IMG/VR virus record: IMGVR_UViG_3300042923_001771
Coordinates: 128,001-175,445 of that record
Reading direction: 5' to 3' (one strand)
From: a virus
Lineage: Duplodnaviria > Heunggongvirae > Uroviricota > Caudoviricetes
Length of the DNA stretch: 47,445 nt
The notes beneath the pieces are model-generated. The model ran no database searches, was not told the origin of the DNA, and was given only the letters and a program-made list of their open reading frames with translations. Below, piece by piece: positions 36,752-46,125 of this stretch (the stretch's first letter is position 1; every line of letters starts with the position of its first letter). Position numbers and translations under genes: made by a program.

Positions 36752-38314
36752 ATGAACACTAAAAAAATCACCACAGCCGGTAAACTTGTAATCTTTCTCT
36801 TTGTTTTGATTATCGCAGGCGCAGGAACTTATTTTGCGGGTGGATTTAACTTTTTGAAAAAAGGAACAACCAATGCAAGTGATTCTACAACCAAAGTAAC
36901 AACTCCAGTTCAAAATGGTACACCAGTAGTAAATGGAACATCCGGCAACAATGCAATTAATCTTTCCATTAGTGAAAAAATTAACTGGAAGCCTATTCTT
37001 GATGCTAATGGTGGATTAACAACACAATCCGGATCTATTTACGATAAGCTAGGAATTAAAGTTAATATTAAGTTAGATAATAACCCAGATAATTCAAGTC
37101 AAGAATTTATTGATAACAAAGCACACGCGCTTGGTTACACAGTCAATGGTTATTCTGCATTGTACAAAAAATTTCAAGACAATAAGGTTGAAACAGTAAT
37201 GCCTTACATTGTTGATTCCTCCGTTGGCGGAGATGGTATCATTGTTCGTGGCGAAATTAACAGTATTAATGATTTTGTAGGTAAGAAAATTGGTGTTCCA
37301 AAATCTTCTTCTGATTATGCAATGGTAGTATGGTTGATGCAACAATCCGATTTAAATGCAGACCAAATCGAACAAATCAAAAAGAACATTGTGGTTTATC
37401 CTTCAGTTGGTAAAGTAGCAGATGCTTTCTTTAAAGGTGAAGTTGATATTGCTGGTGTACGTCAACCTTACTTAACACAAGCCAAAAATACTCAAGGTAC
37501 GAAAGTAATGTTTACAACTAAGTCAGCTAAGAACATTATTGCAAATGGTATTGTATTCCGTAAAGACTTCGCTGATGCTAATACTGATACTGTAACAAAA
37601 TTCATTGATGGTGCATTCCAAGCAATTGGTACAAAAGGTTTTGATAACGTAAAAGTTCAACCAGCCTTTAAAGATGCTAAAGATGCTGATCTTGAGCAAA
37701 TGTTAACAGAATTGAAGTTCAATGGCTATACTGAAAACATGACATATCTCAATGGTATGACTCAAACACTCTTTGAAGATATGAATAAGGTTTGGGAAGC
37801 TACCGGAGAAAAAGTTGTACATGGTGCATCCACAACAGCACTTACAAAATCTTACATTGAAAAATTAAGTGGTAAGTATAAAATGGAAGCTGTAACAACC
37901 ACTAAGATTGATGATGCAACAAAAGCAAAAGCTAAATCACAAGATGATAGTCAAACACTTTTGAAAAAATCAGCAACAATCAACTTTCAACCGAACAGTG
38001 CAAACTTTGTAAATGCTGACGAAGCAGCAACTGCATTAGAAGAATTCGTTAAGATTGCTAAGTTCTTGGATGGAGCGGTAATTCAAGTTGAGGGTAATGT
38101 TGCTAATGTTGGTACAAACGACCCAACGGCAGCAGAAAAACTCTCTTATGCTCGAGCAACTACAGTTGCTAAGTATCTTACAGATAAGGGTGTTGACCCT
38201 ACGCGGTTTATCGTAGTAGGAAATGGTATCTCAAAACAAATTGGAGACAACAACACCAACGAAGGTCAAGCTAAAAATAGACGTACAGATATATCCTTCA
38301 AAGTTATTGAATAA
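36752..38314 (+). CDS. Membrane-anchored NMT1/SsuA-type substrate-binding domain fused to an OmpA-like peptidoglycan-binding domain
   Basis: N-terminal TM; DSSVGGDGI, DFVGKKIGV, F.KGEVDIA; C-terminal INFQPNSA, IQVEGNV, LSYARA..VAKYL, VVGNG, KNRRTDI. Confidence 0.85.
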   Translation: MNTKKITTAGKLVIFLFVLIIAGAGTYFAGGFNFLKKGTTNASDSTTKVTTPVQNGTPVVNGTSGNNAINLSISEKINWKPILDANGGLTTQSGSIYDKLGIKVNIKLDNNPDNSSQEFIDNKAHALGYTVNGYSALYKKFQDNKVETVMPYIVDSSVGGDGIIVRGEINSINDFVGKKIGVPKSSSDYAMVVWLMQQSDLNADQIEQIKKNIVVYPSVGKVADAFFKGEVDIAGVRQPYLTQAKNTQGTKVMFTTKSAKNIIANGIVFRKDFADANTDTVTKFIDGAFQAIGTKGFDNVKVQPAFKDAKDADLEQMLTELKFNGYTENMTYLNGMTQTLFEDMNKVWEATGEKVVHGASTTALTKSYIEKLSGKYKMEAVTTTKIDDATKAKAKSQDDSQTLLKKSATINFQPNSANFVNADEAATALEEFVKIAKFLDGAVIQVEGNVANVGTNDPTAAEKLSYARATTVAKYLTDKGVDPTRFIVVGNGISKQIGDNNTNEGQAKNRRTDISFKVIE

Positions 38315-38349
38315 TTGAACAAAAATAAACCCTCCTATTTAAGGAAGGT

Positions 38350-38910
38350 TTATTTTTTTGATAATTTCTCTAGTTGAAAAGAAGTAATGTGATCTATCAT
38401 TGTAGTTGGGTCAATTAAATAAATTTGATAAGAATTTTCGTTAATCCCAAATACACTATTTATCTTATATAAAGTTTCATCACTTAAAATTCTTTGTTCC
38501 CTTAAAATGCTGTGAAATAAACTTTCAGAAACATTAATTCTTTCAATGATGTTTTTTCTACTCAATTTTGTTTTAGTGATAATTAATTTTTCTACAAAGT
38601 TCATAAAATCAACTTGGTCAAAATCATTTCTCTTTTGTTTTTTAGTAATTGCTATTCCGTTATCGATTTGCTTATTACAAGAAACCCATTCAAGATAATT
38701 GTCTATGTCTTTATTTACGTGTTGTAATGTTTCATTAATAAATTTGTAAGAAAGAGGTGCTCGTTTATTGTATATGTCACCAATGTGACTAGATGAACGC
38801 GGTACCCTTAATGATAAATCAACAAAATTATCAGATCCAGTAATACTTAATAGATATTCTATAAAAAATTGTTGATCTATGTTAGGTCTGTCAGTAATTT
38901 GTCTATTCAA
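38350..38910 (-). CDS. Putative tandem XRE-like HTH protein
   Basis: Two repeats (SSHIGDIYNKRAPLS; ESLFHSILREQRILS); RBS AAGGGG. Confidence 0.5.
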   Translation of the reverse strand: MNRQITDRPNIDQQFFIEYLLSITGSDNFVDLSLRVPRSSSHIGDIYNKRAPLSYKFINETLQHVNKDIDNYLEWVSCNKQIDNGIAITKKQKRNDFDQVDFMNFVEKLIITKTKLSRKNIIERINVSESLFHSILREQRILSDETLYKINSVFGINENSYQIYLIDPTTMIDHITSFQLEKLSKK

Positions 38911-39089
38911 ATTTGTTAGCCCCTTTAATAGTATTTGATATTAGTATACTATGCTATTACTAAAGAAATGATAAATTAAATCTGTTAATCTCTAGTTAAT
39001 TTTAGTGATTTTAAGAAATATAATGATATATCTCAAAAAAATGTAAAAATGAGCTTAATATTAGCAATGAGACAAATTAAAAAAAACTG

Positions 39090-39118
39090 TTTACACTGTA
39101 CCTTATATATGATATAAT
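39090..39118 (+). promoter_or_regulatory. Class I SigA-type promoter of gyrB
   Basis: TTTACA-N17-TATAAT with TG. Confidence 0.8.
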
Positions 39119-39160
39119 ATACATATAAGGTATGGGTGGTAAAACACAGGGGTGGAACAT

Positions 39161-41209
39161 ATGAGCGAACAAGACAAAACTACATTTGAAGTCCAAACTG
39201 AATATGGTACTGGACAAATTGATTCCTTAGAGGGACTCGAAGCTGTACGAAAAAGACCGGGTATGTATATTGGTTCAACATCACAACGGGGAATAACTCA
39301 TCTGGTTTGGGAAGTAGCGGATAACTCTATCGATGAATTTGTTGCTGGTGTTGGCGAAGACATTTGGATTACAGTTCAAAAGGATGGGACAGTTACTGTA
39401 ATTGATAATGGTCGTGGTATTCCAGTTGGTCCCCATCATAAGTGGAAAAAACCGAACGGTCAACCATTAGATACACTAACTGGTATCTTGACAATCTTAC
39501 ATGCTGGCGGTAAATTTAATGGTAAAGATTCTGGCTACAAAGTATCTGCTGGTCTACACGGTGTAGGAGCTAAGGCAGCGAATGCGCTTTCTGATAGTTT
39601 TATTGCAACTGTAAAGCGTAGTGGTCAAATTTGGCAACAAGAATTTTCTAGAGGAGTACCTCAAACTGAAGATCCAATTATGATTGGTACTTACGATCAA
39701 TCAGAAGAGTCCTCCGGTACCACAATTTCATATCATCCAGATAAGGATGTTTTCAAAGAGACTCTTTTGCCAGATTGTAAAGATCTTCAAGCTCGCATGG
39801 ATGAATTAGCATCTCTAAACGCTGGTTTACACATTTATTATTCAAACGAAAGTACAAATTTCGATCATGAGTATTTCTATCATGATGGTATCGTTGGTTA
39901 CACTCGTCGTATGGCTGGTGAAACTCCCTTACTTTACGATGATGTAGTGTTTATAAAGGATTCTTATGATTTTAAAACCACAGTAACTGAAAAAGATGAA
40001 AAAGGTCATGAAATCCAAGTACCAGTTAATAGAACCATTTTGGTTGAAATTTCATTTATACATCAAGATGACGAAGGCGAAACAACTCGTTCATTCGCCA
40101 ATAACATTAATACAAAAGAACATGGATTCCACTATGATGGATTCAGAAATGCATACCGTCGTTTATTTAATAAATACGGAAATGACAAAAAGCTTCTCAA
40201 GGAAAGTTTGTCCATTAAGTATCTTGTTGAAGGTCTTAACGCGGTAATCTCAGTTAAAGTTCCTGAAGCAGAATTTCAAGGACAAACCAAAACAAAGCTT
40301 GGTAATTTTGAAGCTCAAGAGGCTGTAGATAGTGTTTTTGAAAAAGCATTTCTTCAAATGCTTAAAAACCCTAAGTATGATGGCATCTTTGAAACAATTA
40401 TCGCTAATAGTCTTAGAGCAAAAGAAATTGACGAGGCTGTTAGAAAAGCAAAAATGATGGCAAAGCAAGGCAAGAAAATGAAGAAAATGAGTTTGCCTGG
40501 TAAGTTGGCAGATTGTGACCCTAAATCACCTTATTCTGAAATATATATTGTAGAAGGAGATTCTGCAGGTGGTTCTGCAAAACAAGGTCGTGAGCGTTAT
40601 TTCCAAGCTATTCTTGCTCTTAGAGGTAAATTACTTAACGTAGAAAAAAGTACATTAGAAAGACTTCTTAAGTCTGAAACCATTACAAATATCATTGGTG
40701 CAATTGGCGCAGGTTTGAATATTGAAGACGAAGAGTTGAAGAAAAACTTCGGAGCTTTTAATATTGAAAATGTTCGTTATGACAAAATTATTATCATGAC
40801 GGATGCCGATATTGACGGAGCACACATTAAAACTCTATTGTTGACCTTACTGTACAATTACATGAGACCTTTAATTGAACAAGGTTTTGTATATGTTGCT
40901 CAACCACCTCTTTACAGAGTTGTTAAAAAAGGTGAAGCGGAATATCTTGCAACTGAACATGATTTAAAAGAGTATCGTAAAAAATCTCCAAATGCTGAAG
41001 TTCAACGTTTTAAAGGACTAGGTGAAATGAATCCTGATCAACTATGGGAAACTACCATGGACCCAGCAAAAAGAATTTTGGTAAGAGTTTCTATGGACGA
41101 TGCTCAAAAAACAGCAGAAGTATTTTCTACATTAATGGGTTCAGAAGTAAAACCTCGTAGAGATTTTATTGAAGCTAATGCTCACAAGGTTGATTTATCG
41201 TTTGAATAA
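39161..41209 (+). CDS. gyrB: Type IIA topoisomerase B subunit (GyrB/ParE)
   Basis: LEAVRKRPGMYIG, DNSIDE, DNGRGIP, LHAGGKF, GLHGVG, EGDSAGG, LRGK, MTDADIDG, RFKGLGEM. Confidence 0.95.
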   Translation: MSEQDKTTFEVQTEYGTGQIDSLEGLEAVRKRPGMYIGSTSQRGITHLVWEVADNSIDEFVAGVGEDIWITVQKDGTVTVIDNGRGIPVGPHHKWKKPNGQPLDTLTGILTILHAGGKFNGKDSGYKVSAGLHGVGAKAANALSDSFIATVKRSGQIWQQEFSRGVPQTEDPIMIGTYDQSEESSGTTISYHPDKDVFKETLLPDCKDLQARMDELASLNAGLHIYYSNESTNFDHEYFYHDGIVGYTRRMAGETPLLYDDVVFIKDSYDFKTTVTEKDEKGHEIQVPVNRTILVEISFIHQDDEGETTRSFANNINTKEHGFHYDGFRNAYRRLFNKYGNDKKLLKESLSIKYLVEGLNAVISVKVPEAEFQGQTKTKLGNFEAQEAVDSVFEKAFLQMLKNPKYDGIFETIIANSLRAKEIDEAVRKAKMMAKQGKKMKKMSLPGKLADCDPKSPYSEIYIVEGDSAGGSAKQGRERYFQAILALRGKLLNVEKSTLERLLKSETITNIIGAIGAGLNIEDEELKKNFGAFNIENVRYDKIIIMTDADIDGAHIKTLLLTLLYNYMRPLIEQGFVYVAQPPLYRVVKKGEAEYLATEHDLKEYRKKSPNAEVQRFKGLGEMNPDQLWETTMDPAKRILVRVSMDDAQKTAEVFSTLMGSEVKPRRDFIEANAHKVDLSFE

Positions 41210-41346
41210 TAGAGGGCCCCTTGGCTCTCTTTTTATATTTACATAAATAATAATCTTATTATGTCATAAGTTCATTCTCATGTTAAAATTTGTTGGGTTT
41301 TATTAAATAATATATCTATGGTAAAACCATGAAATGAGGTGAACTT

Positions 41347-41709
41347 ATGAACCTTGGTAGAATTGACAATGAGCATACAAATTTTGATTTCGAAGAAATT
41401 CCTTATGCAATTAATATAGCTGGTGTAACTTGGGAAAACAGACAAGATGTTGTTGCGCAGCTTATCCCTAGTTATGAAGTAGTTTTGCAAAGAGACTACA
41501 ACAATCAACATGATAAAAATGCCATTGCTGTAAAGATGCAAAACGGTAATCAAGTTGGCTGGATACCTAAGCGACATGCTGAGACTCTAGCTTCAGAAAT
41601 GGATGCTGGAATACCTTGGAGAGCAAGGGTAGATTCAATCTTGGGTGATGAACAACAGTTCAAAGGAGTTTTGATAAAGTTGTTTATTTCTCAACCAGAT
41701 GTGATATAA
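41347..41709 (+). CDS. HIRAN domain protein
   Basis: IAGVTWENRQ...LQRDYNNQHDKNAIAV...QVGWIPK. Confidence 0.85.
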   Translation: MNLGRIDNEHTNFDFEEIPYAINIAGVTWENRQDVVAQLIPSYEVVLQRDYNNQHDKNAIAVKMQNGNQVGWIPKRHAETLASEMDAGIPWRARVDSILGDEQQFKGVLIKLFISQPDVI

Positions 41710-41772
41710 TAATATTATAAGGAATAATGTAAACGGCAAATTCAGGCAAATCGCAGAGGTGACGAGAAAACA

Positions 41773-44250
41773 ATGGCAAAAAAACAAACAAGAGTAAATT
41801 TTGACGAACTACTCGCAAATGAGAAAATTATTGATAGAGATGTAAATGACGAAATGGAAGAAGCATCTCTGAACTATGCAATTAAAACCATTATTGACCG
41901 CGCATTACCAGATGTTAGAGATGGACTTAAACCAGTACAAAGACGTATTCTTTACGCCATGTATCACATGGGAGTATTTCCCCATAAGTCTTATGTAAAA
42001 TCAGCTAAAGTAGCTGGCGAGGTTATGGGTTGGTTACATCCACATGGTGACTCATATGGAGCAATGGTAAATATGGCCAATGAACTTTCTATTCGATATA
42101 GAATGGTTGATGGTCAAGGTAATTTTGGTTTTCCACTTGATGGCGATGGACCAGCTGCTTCTCGTTATACCGAGTGTCGTTTGGATAAAAAAGGTGTAGC
42201 AATGCTTACTGATGTTGATAAGAGAGTAGTTGATTTTAAACCAAACTATTCTGAAGATGAAGAAGAACCTACAGTTCTTCCAGCAGGTCTTCCATTCTTG
42301 TTAATAAATGGAGCAAGTGGTATCGCAACTGGTTACACTACAGATATCCCTTCTCATAATATTGGTGAAATTATAGATGCGTTATTAGCTCTCATTAAAA
42401 ATGGTGAATTGACAGTACATGAACTAATGAAATATGTTAAAGGTCCTGACCTTCCAACCGGTGGCTATCTGGTTAATACAGATCAAATTGCTAAGTTGTA
42501 TGAAACAGGTACGGGTTCTCTTAAGTATAGAGCAAAAATGAAAGTTGAAACAAATGATGATGGAGTAAGTAGCGTTATCATTTATGAGCTTCCGCCAGAT
42601 GTTCGTAAGGCTGACCTTGAAAAAAGTCCTGGCTTGGTTTCAAAACTTTACAACCTTTGTGTAACAGAGAAAAAGATTCCTCGCGTAGTTGACGTTCGAG
42701 ATGAATCCTCTGCTAAGAAAGATGAAAAGAAAGATAAGAAGAAAAAGAGTAAAGATGATAGTGAAAGCGATGTTCGTATCGTTGTCGAACTTCATAAAAC
42801 GGCAATTCCTGAAGTTGTAATGGCAGAACTTTATAAACAAACACAACTTGAAAGAACTACCGGTTATACTCTAAGAGCAATTGTAAATCAAGCTCCAGCA
42901 CTTCTCAATTTAAAACAAATGTTGGTTTATTTCTTAGATCATCGTAGAGAAGTGGTACTTAGACGTAATCAGTTTGACTTGAAAAAAGCTCAAAATAGAT
43001 TGCACATCTTAGAAGGATTTAAAAAAGTTTTTGCAAATATGGATGATGTAATTTCTATCATTCGTACGAGTGATGACCCAGAAGCTGATTTGATGACTAA
43101 GTATACTCTTTCAAAAGAACAAGTAACAGCTATTTTAAATATGCCACTTCGTCAATTGTCTAAAATGAATGAAGACAAAGTTGATAATGAGATTCAAGAA
43201 CGCAAAGATGAAATTGAAATGTATGAGTTCATTATTGCTAATCCATCAGAAATTGATGCTATTATTATTCAAGAATTGAAAGATTCAAAATCACAATTTG
43301 GTGACTTCCGTAAAACCGACATTGTAGAGGATGGTTCAGCAATTGGTTCAAATGCACTAACAAATGAACCAATGGTATCTATCTTAACTGTTAAGAATTC
43401 TATCAAACAAATACCTGAATCTGCTTTGAATGATATGATGAATAATGGTACATTAAAGGAACGCACAGAAGTTTATACCCAAGCTGTTAGATGCAAGGTA
43501 ACAGATGACTTTGTATTAATTCTTGAAACTGGTGAATATGTAAAAGCATCGTTCAACGATTTAATGCTACTTGATTTTATTGAAGGTAAAAAAATTGTTG
43601 GATTCTTTGTCATTGACGAAAAAGATGATGATAAAAATATAGTTGTAATGACTCGAAAAGGTTACATCAAGAAATCTAAAATGTCATCCTTTAGAGCAAG
43701 AGCAAAACGCATAGCAAACTTCATGGACTTCAAGGTTGCAGACGATTACGTAATTGGAGTAAAAATTTCTGATGGCGATGAAGTTAACAATACAATTGTT
43801 CTATCCACTAAAAAAGGTATCATTCACAGATTTAGTGAAAACGCATTCAAAGCAACAAATCCTGGTGGAGAAGGTCTAGGTTGTATCTCTTCAGATGTAA
43901 TTGAAGAAGGAGATGAAATTGCAGACTTCGACATGGTGAAAAAAGATAATGATGACAAAAATATCGTAATCCTTTACATTAAGGAAGGTAACGATGCATT
44001 TTCAATGAAGAGTATGTCATTGGTAGAATTTATCACTAAAGGTCGAGTATCTAAAGGTATCCTTGGTGCAGCTAAAACTTTCGATGATGAGGTTTATAAA
44101 ATCAAAGTTGCAAGTGATGACTTTATGATTATTGATAAAAAGGGTAATGTACACAAGCAAAAATTCGTATCTATCCCAGTTCAAAATCGCTACAACAAAC
44201 CAAATCCTCTAAGTTTTGAACCTTTTATCACAAATTTTTATCTTGTATAA
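41773..44250 (+). CDS. gyrA: Type IIA topoisomerase A subunit (GyrA/ParC)
   Basis: RALPDVRDGLKPVQRRILY, HPHGD, DGQGNFG, AASRYTE, LLINGASGIATG; divergent CTD. Confidence 0.93.
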   Translation: MAKKQTRVNFDELLANEKIIDRDVNDEMEEASLNYAIKTIIDRALPDVRDGLKPVQRRILYAMYHMGVFPHKSYVKSAKVAGEVMGWLHPHGDSYGAMVNMANELSIRYRMVDGQGNFGFPLDGDGPAASRYTECRLDKKGVAMLTDVDKRVVDFKPNYSEDEEEPTVLPAGLPFLLINGASGIATGYTTDIPSHNIGEIIDALLALIKNGELTVHELMKYVKGPDLPTGGYLVNTDQIAKLYETGTGSLKYRAKMKVETNDDGVSSVIIYELPPDVRKADLEKSPGLVSKLYNLCVTEKKIPRVVDVRDESSAKKDEKKDKKKKSKDDSESDVRIVVELHKTAIPEVVMAELYKQTQLERTTGYTLRAIVNQAPALLNLKQMLVYFLDHRREVVLRRNQFDLKKAQNRLHILEGFKKVFANMDDVISIIRTSDDPEADLMTKYTLSKEQVTAILNMPLRQLSKMNEDKVDNEIQERKDEIEMYEFIIANPSEIDAIIIQELKDSKSQFGDFRKTDIVEDGSAIGSNALTNEPMVSILTVKNSIKQIPESALNDMMNNGTLKERTEVYTQAVRCKVTDDFVLILETGEYVKASFNDLMLLDFIEGKKIVGFFVIDEKDDDKNIVVMTRKGYIKKSKMSSFRARAKRIANFMDFKVADDYVIGVKISDGDEVNNTIVLSTKKGIIHRFSENAFKATNPGGEGLGCISSDVIEEGDEIADFDMVKKDNDDKNIVILYIKEGNDAFSMKSMSLVEFITKGRVSKGILGAAKTFDDEVYKIKVASDDFMIIDKKGNVHKQKFVSIPVQNRYNKPNPLSFEPFITNFYLV

Positions 44251-44267
44251 TCAATAATCTTAATTTT

Positions 44268-44302
44268 AAGGACACGAGATTAACCTCTCGTGTCCTTTTT
44301 TT
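44268..44302 (+). terminator. Intrinsic terminator
   Basis: AAGGACACGAGA-loop-TCTCGTGTCCTT plus T-run. Confidence 0.85.
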
Positions 44303-44530
44303 ATGTGAATTAGGTTACATATAGGAACATAAAAATATCCCACAGAGATGAAATCCCCCGAATAATTATCCCTCATTACTCTATTTACCTTTTAAGTTCA
44401 CATACTTTATCCAATTAGTCTTTAAAAAATATTCAATTTTTTCTTAATATATCTGTATACACTAAATGAACACGCATAGTAAATTAACGTTTGCAATGGA
44501 GAGTTGTTTAAAAACGAGGAGCTGAACAAC

Positions 44531-45367
44531 ATGGCAGATAATCAAATGTGGCTTTCGCACTCAAGAATGAGCGCTTATGTAGAATGTCCATTGTATTATA
44601 AATTAGCCTATATCGACAAAGTACAATTAAACATTAAAGGAAATTATCATACTGCACTAGGTAATGGCATTCACAAAGTTTTAGAGGAGATGTACCGTCA
44701 AGGCAAATACACTCTTCAATTTATGGAACAATGGTGGGATGTTGTTTGTCGCAATGGATACACTGAAAAAAACGGTATGGACGTTAAACCCATTCTTAAG
44801 GATGAACAATACGATTTTCCTAATGGAGACGAAGAAAAGAACATGTTTTTTTATCATGGTAGAAAACTCATCAGAGAATATTACCATAAGAACAAACATG
44901 ACTTTGGAGTAAACCAGATAGTAGCTACAGAGTTAAATTTCAAAGTTCCAATAGCAGGTGGTAAAATAGTTCTTAATGGCTATATTGACCGCGTTGATAG
45001 GGCTCCAAATGGAATGCTTTACATCTACGATTACAAGACTGGTAAAGAAAAAAATCAAGAAGAAGTTGATGAAGACTTTCAAATGACACTCTATTCATTT
45101 GCAATCAGAAAAACTTTTGGCGAAGTCGAAGGTGGAGTAGGAATGCATTTTATAAAGAGTGGAAACATTGTTGTAAGCACAAGAGAAGCTGAAGATTTCA
45201 TGAAACTAAGGGAACGCGTTAAATACGTTAAGGATGGAATCATGGCTGGCCGTTTTGAACCAAATCTTGGTGGACAATGTAGATATTGCTTATATGATTG
45301 CCCTATCAACGGTAACAAACTTAAAAAATCAATTGAAGACCCAGATTTAATTGACCCTGAAGAATAA
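44531..45367 (+). CDS. PD-(D/E)XK RecB/AddB-like exonuclease with an Fe-S-type Cys staple
   Basis: LSHS...CP, GNGIHKVLE, GYIDRVD, IYDYKTG, QMTLY, CRYCLYDCP. Confidence 0.88.
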   Translation: MADNQMWLSHSRMSAYVECPLYYKLAYIDKVQLNIKGNYHTALGNGIHKVLEEMYRQGKYTLQFMEQWWDVVCRNGYTEKNGMDVKPILKDEQYDFPNGDEEKNMFFYHGRKLIREYYHKNKHDFGVNQIVATELNFKVPIAGGKIVLNGYIDRVDRAPNGMLYIYDYKTGKEKNQEEVDEDFQMTLYSFAIRKTFGEVEGGVGMHFIKSGNIVVSTREAEDFMKLRERVKYVKDGIMAGRFEPNLGGQCRYCLYDCPINGNKLKKSIEDPDLIDPEE

Positions 45368-45488
45368 TTCAGGGTTTCTTAATAAATAATCAATATTTGT
45401 TAAAAATAGTCGGCTAGGTATTTATAATTCATTTATCAAGAAATAAAGAAACAAAAAAACACATAATATGGAAGGCAGGAACATTACA

Positions 45489-46073
45489 ATGAGTTTTATT
45501 CCAATGGTTGTTTCACAAGAAGGACGTAGCGAAAGAACATATGATTTATTTTCCCGTCTCCTAAAAGATAGAATTATTTTTGTTCCAGAAGTAAATCAAG
45601 TAACTGCAAATCTAGTTATTGGACAATTACTTTTTCTCTTAAGTGATAATGATAAATTGCCAATTAAAATGTACATTAATTCTCCAGGTGGAAGCATTCT
45701 TGATGGAGATGGAATTCTTGACACTATGGATTTTGTAAAATCACAAGGTGTAGTTATTGAGACCATGGTCATAGGTAAGGCAGCTTCATTTGGGGCACTT
45801 ATTCTTCTTAATGGTACTAAAGGTCACCGCACAGTACTTCCGCGTTCTAGAGTAATGATTCACCAACCTCGTGGTGGAGCTCAAGGTACAGCTACTGACA
45901 TGGAAATCGAAATGAACTTGATGAGGAACATGAAAAATGAGATTAATCAATTTGTTACGGAAACAACAGGTCAATCTGCTGAGTGGGTTGCTCAACATAT
46001 GGAACGTGATTCTTGGTTCCGTGGACAAGAAGCTGTAGACGTTGGTCTGGCTGACAATCTACTTCTGAAATAA
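45489..46073 (+). CDS. clpP: ATP-dependent Clp protease proteolytic subunit
   Basis: [24 protein letters not shown] (Ser), MIHQP (His), ERD (Asp). Confidence 0.95.
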   Translation: MSFIPMVVSQEGRSERTYDLFSRLLKDRIIFVPEVNQVTANLVIGQLLFLLSDNDKLPIKMYINSPGGSILDGDGILDTMDFVKSQGVVIETMVIGKAASFGALILLNGTKGHRTVLPRSRVMIHQPRGGAQGTATDMEIEMNLMRNMKNEINQFVTETTGQSAEWVAQHMERDSWFRGQEAVDVGLADNLLLK

Positions 46074-46125
46074 AAACAAAAATAGCACAATAACCCACTA
46101 AAAAAGAAGGATGTGTCCATTAACC

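Noticed and set aside
36752-38314. Complete ABC importer or outer-membrane porin
   Set aside because: No permease or ATPase adjacent; only the OmpA C-terminal peptidoglycan-binding domain is present, with no beta-barrel
44531-45367. Cas4 / CRISPR adaptation gene
   Set aside because: No cas1, cas2 or array nearby; the motifs fit a generic phage RecB-like exonuclease
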